Shown here: one piece after another, positions 1-6,687 of the stretch
How the letters are laid out: the number at the start of each line of letters is the position of its first letter
Numbering within the stretch: position 1 is the stretch's first letter
Assembly (NCBI GenBank): GCA_038153405.1
Contig: JAYOYH010000077.1
Coordinates: 1-17,503 of the forward strand
DNA from: Gemmatimonadota bacterium
Lineage (GTDB): Bacteria > Latescibacterota > UBA2968 > UBA8231
Length of the DNA stretch: 17,503 nt
Reading direction: 5' to 3'
Position numbers and translations under genes: made by a program
Notes under the pieces: generated by a model
What the model was told of the DNA's origin: nothing
What the model saw: only the letters and a program-made list of their open reading frames with translations
Database searches by the model: none

Positions 1-894
1 GGCGCATTGCCCCGGCCGTTCGCTGAGCCAGCAGCTGATATCGAGCCCGTCTTGGGCCGCGATCGACTCCATCCACTCGCAGAGAATGTCTATGAGCACC
101 GGCTGCGAGGCGCACGGGGCGCGGTGCTGGTTGCCCTCTTTGTGGGCAAAGTAGCGGCCCGTCAGCGCGCTATCGCCGCGGCCGGCCAGCTCTGGGTAGG
201 CCTGGTAGAGGCCGTAGCCGTGCAGGAAGTTGAGGTGCAGAATAAACGGCGAGTAGTTAAAGGCGCGATGCTGGCTTTCGAGCATGAGATATCTATCGAT
301 CGTCGCCGAGTTGGGCTGGCCGCGCTGCACGGACGCTAGCTGCGTGGTGGCCATCTTGCCAAAATTGAGCTTCATATCGGCCAGCCAGGGAATCCAGTTT
401 TTTTCGTCGGGGAAGTTCCACAGGCCGCGCTCGGCCAGATCGGGCCAGTCGCGTATATGCACCAGCGGTATGAGCACGCGCTCGGCGGTGAGGGTTGCAC
501 CCAGCAGCTGGCACAGCGTGGAGGCGCCGTAGTAGAGGCCGCGTCCGTCTAGGGCGCTGACGAGTAAGCGGGTATCGTCGCCGTCTGCTTGCACGATATA
601 GGCCTGTTCAGCATTGGGACACGAGCGCAGAAAGTCGACGTCGACGGACGGAGCGGCTGGGTGCTCTCGGCTATCGATCAGATCCAACGCAATCGTGAAA
701 GCTGCTTCGCCTGCATGTGGACTCGACGGCTGTGCCAGCAGGTCGCGGAGTTGGCTGGCGGCCTGTGCGGCCTGCGGACCAGCTCCATCGTCGACCTCGA
801 TGACGACGCGAGCAGGGTGGACTTCTACGCTGCCATCGACCGCTATTTCCTTGGGCAGGGGCAGCAGGTGATTGAGCCACTGTTGATCATTCAT
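1..894 (-). CDS. GH20 domain-2 (zincin-like fold) containing protein, glycoside-hydrolase-like; runs off the window start (partial)
   Basis: Manual translation from ATG at 894 is open to base 1: MNDQQWLNHLLPLPKEI...NAEQAYIVQ...SALDGRGLYYGASTLCQLL...IPLVHIRDWPDLAERGLWN...RAPCASQP...WLSERPGQCA. LLPLPK, EQAY, GLYYGxxTLxQL and IRDWPxxxxRG are hallmarks of the GH20/GH84 N-terminal domain. AAGGA lies upstream. Absent from the ORF track because there is no stop in the window. Confidence 0.8.
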   Translation of the reverse strand, partial: MNDQQWLNHLLPLPKEIAVDGSVEVHPARVVIEVDDGAGPQAAQAASQLRDLLAQPSSPHAGEAAFTIALDLIDSREHPAAPSVDVDFLRSCPNAEQAYIVQADGDDTRLLVSALDGRGLYYGASTLCQLLGATLTAERVLIPLVHIRDWPDLAERGLWNFPDEKNWIPWLADMKLNFGKMATTQLASVQRGQPNSATIDRYLMLESQHRAFNYSPFILHLNFLHGYGLYQAYPELAGRGDSALTGRYFAHKEGNQHRAPCASQPVLIDILCEWMESIAAQDGLDISCWLSERPGQCA

Positions 895-908
895 GCGCGC
901 TGCTGTCC

Positions 909-1510
909 TTAGAAGAGTCCGCCGATGGAAAAGCCCACGGTGCTGTAGGACTCTTCCTCAATGGTTCGCATGGCGTAGTTGAGGTTGAGCACGATGCGCG
1001 AGCCGGACATAATGGGGTATGCGTACCCCACACCGACCAGCATGCCAATACCTGAGTCGGATGTCTCGTCTTCGGAATCGCCTTCAATGTCGTAGGATAC
1101 GTTGGCTGCAGCCAGGCCGACATCGAGGCGTCCGAATACACCTTGGCCAATTTGGCGCGGGTAGTATTGGGCGCTGGCAGCATAGGCGTAGAGGTTGACC
1201 TGCATCCAGTCGTCCTCTCCGTAGTCCAAGCGATCGGCTCCCGCATTGAGTACGAAGCCGGCAAGGGTCTTTTCGCTGAGTGGAATGTAGAGTCCAAAGA
1301 GGTCCATGCTTATGCGCGTGCGGTCGATGCCCGGCAGGGCTTCCAATAGGTCGAGCAGGTCGCCGATTTCGCTGGGATAGGTTGTGTTGGCTCCTCCCAG
1401 CCCCAATAGGTGTACCACCTCTCCATTTTGTTCTGCGCGGCTTCGCCGCTGTTTGGGGCGGCGACGAGCGCACAGGTGAGAACGAGTAGATAAGAGCGAA
1501 TGGTTTTCAT
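909..1510 (-). pseudogene. Outer-membrane beta-barrel protein interrupted by a 1-nt frameshift (real pseudogene or sequence error)
   Basis: ORF 1310..1510 gives a signal peptide and MERWYTYWG. ORF 909..1418 continues GLGGANTTYP... and ends in VGFSIGGLF (alternating residues, C-terminal Phe). One extra G in the G4 run (C4 at 1401-1404 on +) joins them into a 200-aa protein. SD GGGAGAGGA precedes ATG 1510. Confidence 0.75.
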
Positions 1511-1689
1511 AGAAGTCCTCTCCCTTTAATGGCCGTTAACGTGCAATGCTCACGGTCTGTAAGGTAATACATTGTAGCGTGGTGCAGCGATTTTTTGCGA
1601 AGCTATGGGCGCTATCGCGGTGTCGCGCAGATGCGATTGTTCCTATACTTAAACGACCAATACGTTACGCATAACGTCGATTCCGAACT

Positions 1690-2754
1690 ATGGATATAAA
1701 GAGCATTTTTGCGCGCGACAAAAGCCTGACCAGCTTGGCCAAGACCTGCGGGTGAGCGGCTAAGGCCAGTCCGGTCGGACTGGAAAAACTATTAGCATTG
1801 CTGCCCCAAAACCGGGATGCCAATTTGCTAGTCGGATTCGAGACCAGCGACGACGCCGGGGTGTATCGGCTCAACGACGAGCAGGCCATCGTCGTTACGG
1901 CTGATTTTATCACGCCGCCGGTAGACGATCCCTTTGTGTTTGGTCAGATCGGCGCGGCCAACTCGCTAAGCGACATTTACGCCATGGGCGGACGACCGCT
2001 GACCTGCCTAAATCTGATGGCTTTCCCGAGTCAGCATTTGGGGCCAGAGGTGCTGCACGGGATTGTCGAGGGTGCGCTGAGCAAGATAACGGAGTCTGGT
2101 GCCGTGCTAGCTGGCGGTCATACAACCGACGACGACGAACCTAAGTTTGGCCTGTCGGTGACCGGTATCGTCCATCCCGAGCGCTACTGGCGCAACAGTG
2201 GGGCGCAAGTGGGCGACGTGCTGCTGCTCACCAAGCCGATTGGCAGCGGCGTGCTGTTCAACGCCCATCTGCGCGGCTGGGTTTCGCCGGAGGCGATGCG
2301 CACGTGCATTGGCTCACTGATTGAGCTGAACAAATCAGCTTGCGAAGTGCTACGGCGCTTTAGCGTGCACGCGGCAACGGATGTGACGGGCTTTGGCTTG
2401 GCTGGCCACGCCTTTGAGATGGCGCGCGGAGCCGATTGTAGTTTGCGCATTGCCACAGCCGATGTGCCGACCCTGCCCGAGGCGTTGGCTATGTATGAGC
2501 GCGGCGTGAGCACGGGGGTGAATGCCGCCAATCGCGCGCTGGTCGAGGGGAGGATGCGCGTGGCTGAAGAGTTGGGCGCGGCGCAGCGCGAGTTGCTCGT
2601 TGACCCGCAGACCAGCGGCGGCCTGCTGGTGGCTCTGTCCGAAGCGGACGCTGCCGCGGCGCTGGCTGCACTGCACGAATGCGGCGTGGAAGAGGCGCGC
2701 GTAATCGGCACCGTAAAAGAGCGGTGTGGCGACCACTACCTGCACTTTACGTAA
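1690..2754 (+). CDS. selD: Selenide, water dikinase (selenophosphate synthetase), selenocysteine-containing, 354 aa with U22
   Basis: ATG 1690 gives MDIKSIFARDKSLTSLAKTCG-TGA(1753-1755)-AAKASPVGLEKLL, in frame with ORF 1798..2754. That ORF carries SelD motifs SDDAGVY, TADFITPPVDDP, ANSLSDIYAMGG, GGHT, TDVTGFGLAGH and DPQTSGGLL. The TGA sits at the catalytic Cys/Sec position, three residues before the conserved Lys. Confidence 0.95.
1756..1796 (+). promoter_or_regulatory. Bacterial SECIS element of selD
   Basis: Perfect hairpin CCAGTCC-GGTC-GGACTGG (1766-1783) starts at the 11th nt after the TGA, with a G/GU-containing apical loop. A possible lower stem is GCTAA (1759-1763)/TTAGC (1792-1796). 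Confidence 0.85.
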
Positions 2755-2768
2755 CCAGAATGCGTTGC

Positions 2769-3812
2769 TTAACGACACGCTTCGATATAGGCGTCGTCGA
2801 CGTAGACGGAATTAATGGCCTCTGCCCGCTTGTCGCGGTAGAGGCCTATTTTTAGGTAGTTCCCCGTCTCGTTGTACATGTTGGATCCGTAGAATTTATA
2901 GTCCGTGCCGTTAAAGGGTGTCACCGGCTGCCCATCGGCATACATTTCGATATAGCCATCGCCTGTCAGCGACCACTTGATCTGAAAGAACACGTCGGAC
3001 CAGGCGCCTTTCTCTATGGTAAAAGCGCCGATTTCGTGCTGGACCTGTTCAAAGTCGTGGTAGATTAAGCGGCAGCGCCCTTGGTGATAGAGTATGGACA
3101 GGGGTGGTTTGTGCTCGGGGTAGGTGTTCCAATTTTCTCCGGCGGCAAAGTCGGGCTGGCTGTGAAACTGGCACAGGGCTTGCCAGTAGGGCTCTTCCGC
3201 GTAGTCTTCTGGAATTTTAAAGCTCCAGCCGTAGATGGGCTCGCCGGCGTAGCGATCCGAATCGGGACGGACCAACTCGACGCGGTTGCCGCCCCGTACG
3301 ATATCGCCGGGGTAGAGCGTGAGCTTGGCAGAGTATAAACCACGGCGTGCGTCTTCGTCACTAACCAGTTGGATAGAATTCGGACGCGCGCCTTCAAGGC
3401 GCCAGCCAGTAAAGGTACCCAACTCGAAATCGCCATTGGGGGCGGTCAAGTGGGACCTGCCAACGACGAGTGGAATTAGCGCCGACAGTCCACCTGTGGC
3501 TAACGATACGCGTCCATTTGTGATGAATACATTGCGCTCAGCGCAGCGCTCATATAGCAGATCGACTAAGTGGCCATCGGCGAATACGCGTTCGCTCCAA
3601 AGCAAATTTTCAACGCGCTGCGCGTAGGTGCGATAGTAGCCGTGTAAAACGGGTCGCCCTTTCGCATCGACATAATATTGGTGCGCGCTGCGTAGATAGC
3701 CGTTGGGCCAGTACTCGGTGGCGACCTCGAGCGAGGGGGCTTGGGGCTCAGTTGATTTTTCGCTCGAACAGGCTCCCAGGACTAGCCATGTGAGATAGAA
3801 TACCCTGCGCAT
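2769..3812 (-). CDS. Lipoprotein with N-terminal MORN/YwqK-like segment and C-terminal polysaccharide-lyase-like (heparin lyase I / Polysacc_lyase) beta-sandwich domain
   Basis: Probable start ATG 3812: MRRVFYLTWLVLGAC (lipobox LGAC). EYWPNGYLRS...HGYYRTY is MORN-variant-like. RVEL, YGWSFKIPEDY, QFHSQP, IKWSLTGDGYIEMY and YLKIGLYRD are jelly-roll lyase-type motifs. Confidence 0.7.
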   Translation of the reverse strand: MRRVFYLTWLVLGACSSEKSTEPQAPSLEVATEYWPNGYLRSAHQYYVDAKGRPVLHGYYRTYAQRVENLLWSERVFADGHLVDLLYERCAERNVFITNGRVSLATGGLSALIPLVVGRSHLTAPNGDFELGTFTGWRLEGARPNSIQLVSDEDARRGLYSAKLTLYPGDIVRGGNRVELVRPDSDRYAGEPIYGWSFKIPEDYAEEPYWQALCQFHSQPDFAAGENWNTYPEHKPPLSILYHQGRCRLIYHDFEQVQHEIGAFTIEKGAWSDVFFQIKWSLTGDGYIEMYADGQPVTPFNGTDYKFYGSNMYNETGNYLKIGLYRDKRAEAINSVYVDDAYIEACR

Positions 3813-3882
3813 AATGCCCTGTGTGCAAACGTGACACACTATTAATACGCAGATATTAGCGAATATACAAAGTCGGGGTGTG

Positions 3883-4023
3883 CTACAGACTATGTATATG
3901 GGAGTAGAGGGCGAAGAGGGCGACGCCGAAGGGCAAGGGGGCGAAGATGGGGATGTTGTGGGATAGGCCGTACACGGTGACCAAGCTCAGCAGCAGAAAA
4001 ATGACGAAGATTTTGTCGGCCAT
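3883..4023 (-). CDS. Small 46-aa membrane protein (two hydrophobic helices), hypothetical
   Basis: MADKIFVIFLLLSLVTVYGLSHNIPIFAPLPFGVALFALYSHIHSL*. SD AGGTGG is 6 nt before the ATG, third codon positions are mostly C/G, and a sigma70-like promoter lies just upstream. It is below the ORF-track length cutoff. Confidence 0.65.
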   Translation of the reverse strand: MADKIFVIFLLLSLVTVYGLSHNIPIFAPLPFGVALFALYSHIHSL

Positions 4024-4059
4024 AAGACACCACCTATAGGCAACATTCCCTGTGGGTAA

Positions 4060-4087
4060 ACGTTACCAATGGGTATGCAAACGTCAA
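4060..4087 (-). promoter_or_regulatory. Putative sigma70 promoter for the 46-aa gene
   Basis: Minus strand TTGACG (4087-4082), 16-nt spacer ending in TGG (extended -10 TGn), then TAACGT (4065-4060). Confidence 0.55.
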
Positions 4088-4172
4088 GAGGTGATTTAGT
4101 CTATTGACGCGGTTTAATGTTCGCATTACTCGCAGAGCCGTTGCTTTTATGGGCAAAAAAAGCGTTATGTTC

Positions 4173-4188
4173 TGTGAAGTGATTCACG
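4173..4188. promoter_or_regulatory. CRP/FNR-family-like operator
   Basis: TGTGA-AGTGAT-TCACG matches TGTGA-N6-TCACA at 9 of 10 positions, in an AT-rich divergent intergenic region. Confidence 0.4.
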
Positions 4189-4342
4189 TGCTATTTGCCC
4201 AATTGGAAAATCGCTATGCTCAGCGTGTGTTGTGGAATTGGCTCTGTGGCACGGCCCATTGCGAAAGGGCGGATCGTGCCGGTATGCGGTGCGTTCCGCC
4301 CGGCAGTGCTGAGCCGTTTTCCTCTATCGGCTTTGGAGTGAC

Positions 4343-4858
4343 ATGAGCTGGCTCCTGCTATTGGCGCTGCTGCCGGTCAGCGCGCGTGCCCAGCCGGGGA
4401 TGTGGGCCTTGGAAAAGGCCATCGCCCTCAAGTATCCGCTGCCGCAGTTGAGCGGCGACAGCTTGGGTACGCGTTTGGCACAGGGCGATTCTTCGCTGCT
4501 GATCTTCGATACGCGGCCGCCGGCCGAATATGACGTTAGCCATCTGCGCACCGCGCTCCGCGTTGACCCCGACATGGACTCCGAAGCCTTTGTCGCCACC
4601 TACGGCGACCGTTTAGCGGGGTGCGACCTAGTCTTTTATTGCTCGGTGGGGTATCGCTCGTCGATTTTTATCGAGCGCGTGCGCCGCGCTGCCGAAGAGG
4701 CAGGGGCGCGTTCTGTCGCTAATTTGCGCGGTGGCATTTTCCGCTGGTACAACGAAGATCGTCCGCTCTTTGGTTCGGCACAGGTCGATACCGTCCATCC
4801 CTACGACCCCTATTGGGGTCGTTTCCTGCGCGACAAGAGCGCAGAATCCCGTCCTTGA
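4343..4858 (+). CDS. Secreted single-domain rhodanese-like protein
   Basis: Signal peptide MSWLLLLALLPVSARA; motifs DTRPPAEYDVSHL, active-site loop FYCSVGYRS and NLRGGIFRW; SD GGAG at 4335-4338. Confidence 0.9.
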   Translation: MSWLLLLALLPVSARAQPGMWALEKAIALKYPLPQLSGDSLGTRLAQGDSSLLIFDTRPPAEYDVSHLRTALRVDPDMDSEAFVATYGDRLAGCDLVFYCSVGYRSSIFIERVRRAAEEAGARSVANLRGGIFRWYNEDRPLFGSAQVDTVHPYDPYWGRFLRDKSAESRP

Positions 4859-4869
4859 ATCCCACCTGA

Positions 4870-5679
4870 TTATGCCTGCGGTCGCGGCCAGTGCTGCCAG
4901 TGTCCGGCCGCATCAGCGCCGCGGCAGATCACCGCATTGCCATTCCATCCGTTGAGCGCGCGCACGTCTGCCGGCACGTAGCGCATCGTCAGCCCACAGC
5001 GCCGCCGATCCGATGTATTGGGCTCGGAGCCGTGCAGCAGCAGGTCGGTGTGTAGGGAGATCTGTCCAGCGCGCAGGGCCAGCAGCACGGGGGCATCGCC
5101 GTAGTCGAGTGGGTCAATGGCCGTCTGGTTGAGGACGTTGTTTTCTTCGGCGCGGCTCTTCGCAAAGGCGATTTGCCCGTGCAGGTGCGAGCCGGGTATG
5201 ATCTGCATCGCGCCGTTGTTTGCATCGGCATCGTCGATGGCCAACCACACGGTAACGGTTTTACTTGGCGTCAGCGGCCAGTAGGATGCGTCCTGATGCC
5301 AGCTGACCTGCTTGCCGTCGCCCGGCATCTTGCAAAAATAATGCGTGCCCCAGCACACCAAGTCTTCGCCCAGTAGATCCTGCAGATAGTCGAGGATGCG
5401 CGCTTCGGTGACCAAGTCGTGGACCGCGGTGTGCGTCTTATGCCAGCCGTTGATCGAATAGCTGTTGCCGCCGCTGGTACCGGCTTCTTCCATTAACTGG
5501 TCAAAGGCGGCGCGATGAACGGCCATTTCTTCGGCGGAGAATACGTCGAGCGGCGCGATATAGCCCTTCTCGTTAAACTGCGCTACCTGCGCGGCGTCGA
5601 GCGCGCGCGGCGCCGTGATTTGTGCTGGAAAGAAGCGCAGGTCGCGCGCCAGTTCGGGATAGGCATTGGTCTCGGCCAT
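4870..5679 (-). CDS. Phytanoyl-CoA dioxygenase (PhyH) family Fe(II)/2-oxoglutarate dioxygenase
   Basis: WHQD (HxD), TVWLAIDDADANNGAMQIIPGSH, and LLHGSEPNTSDRRR (distal His and Arg); SD GAGGAG. Confidence 0.93.
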   Translation of the reverse strand: MAETNAYPELARDLRFFPAQITAPRALDAAQVAQFNEKGYIAPLDVFSAEEMAVHRAAFDQLMEEAGTSGGNSYSINGWHKTHTAVHDLVTEARILDYLQDLLGEDLVCWGTHYFCKMPGDGKQVSWHQDASYWPLTPSKTVTVWLAIDDADANNGAMQIIPGSHLHGQIAFAKSRAEENNVLNQTAIDPLDYGDAPVLLALRAGQISLHTDLLLHGSEPNTSDRRRCGLTMRYVPADVRALNGWNGNAVICRGADAAGHWQHWPRPQA

Positions 5680-5688
5680 GGGGTCTCC

Positions 5689-6525
5689 TCAACGGTCTAA
5701 GCCGTATTTGTATGCGGGCTGTAGCGATCGGTCGATGGTCAAATGGCTATCGCGTGCAGCGCGTGCTCCCCAAATGCGATAGCCGTCGTCTGTTTGTGCG
5801 CCGAGTATACTGCAGCCATAGCTGCCTAAATCGCGTGCTGCAATGAGTGGATCATCGTCGACGAGGCGCTCAAACTCATCTATCTGGCTACACCACAGCA
5901 GGCGCAGTACGTCGACGATGTGCTCGGGCATGGCGTCGTGGGCAAATACGTGGCGCACGCGCCCGAGCGTGTCCAGTAGGTAAATAGACGTGCTGTGATC
6001 AACGGCGTAGTCGCCCCGTTCGTTGGGCGTGCCCAGGCTGTATTCGGCCCGGTAGGCGGCCATGGCGCTGTCTATGGCCGCAGTGGAACCGGTCAGGCCA
6101 CGGACGGCGATGGGAAAGTAGTCGAGGTAGGTGCGCAGAACATCGGGGTGGTCGCGCTGTGGATCGACGCTGACAAAGGTGATATCGACGCTGTCGGCAC
6201 CGGCGCCTAGCAGCTCCTTTACGCGAACGAGGCGCGATAGCGTGGTCGGACAGAAATCCGGGCAGTAGGTATAGCCAAAAAAGAGCAGCGAGGTGCGGTC
6301 GCTGATATCGCCCAGCAGCCAGGGTGCTGCCGATTGGTCTATTAAGTGGACGCGACCACCCAAGTCGGCGAAGGGGCGCAGGTCGTCTGTCGCAGGCTGC
6401 GCAATAGCGGTCGCTACTGCGGGGCCCTCAGTCGGTGTGTGGGCAGGTGGATCGCTGGTGCAGCCGATAAGCCAAACTAGCAGGAGCAGATACGGATGCG
6501 CTCTGTGGTCGCGTTGTGTGGGCAT
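5689..6525 (-). CDS. SCO1/SenC family copper chaperone lipoprotein with C-terminal extension
   Basis: Lipobox-like WLIGC; FFGYTYCPDFCP (CxxxC), FVSVDPQRD and YAVDHSTSIYLLD (His ligand). Confidence 0.9.
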   Translation of the reverse strand: MPTQRDHRAHPYLLLLVWLIGCTSDPPAHTPTEGPAVATAIAQPATDDLRPFADLGGRVHLIDQSAAPWLLGDISDRTSLLFFGYTYCPDFCPTTLSRLVRVKELLGAGADSVDITFVSVDPQRDHPDVLRTYLDYFPIAVRGLTGSTAAIDSAMAAYRAEYSLGTPNERGDYAVDHSTSIYLLDTLGRVRHVFAHDAMPEHIVDVLRLLWCSQIDEFERLVDDDPLIAARDLGSYGCSILGAQTDDGYRIWGARAARDSHLTIDRSLQPAYKYGLDR

Positions 6526-6687
6526 GAGGGGAATGTACGCGCCTGCACAAGCAGGGACAATTGGAGATTATACCGCCAAGCTGGTGTTGTCGACTGCGAT
6601 GTAGTATGCTAAGCAGAGCGCGTTAGGCGCTATTTTTTCGACTGTTTGGTACGCTGTTTTTACCACTGTTACATCCTGCGAGGCCAT

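Noticed and set aside
1798..2754. ORF-track start of selD at TTG 1798
   Set aside because: This start omits the catalytic Cys/Sec and Lys; the 1690 start with UGA read-through restores them.
4310..4342. In-frame TGA upstream of the rhodanese ATG as a second Sec codon
   Set aside because: ATG 4343 has an SD and begins a signal peptide, and the upstream frame is not protein-like.
4104..4346. 80-aa + strand ORF in the intergenic region
   Set aside because: It has a TTG start without an SD, atypical composition and no motifs, and it overlaps promoter- and operator-like elements.
4343..4858. Rhodanese as SelU/MnmH (tRNA 2-selenouridine synthase)
   Set aside because: It is only 171 aa, has a signal peptide and lacks the P-loop domain.
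4870..5679. PhyH-like protein as a non-heme iron halogenase
   Set aside because: It retains HxD (HQD), whereas halogenases have HxA/G.
5677..5691. The SCO TGA stop is in frame with the PhyH ATG (TGA GGA GAC CCC ATG), a possible Sec read-through fusion
   Set aside because: There is no SECIS-like hairpin after the TGA, the spacer is a good SD for PhyH, and in-frame spacing occurs one time in three by chance. An exported lipoprotein fused to a cytoplasmic dioxygenase is also implausible.
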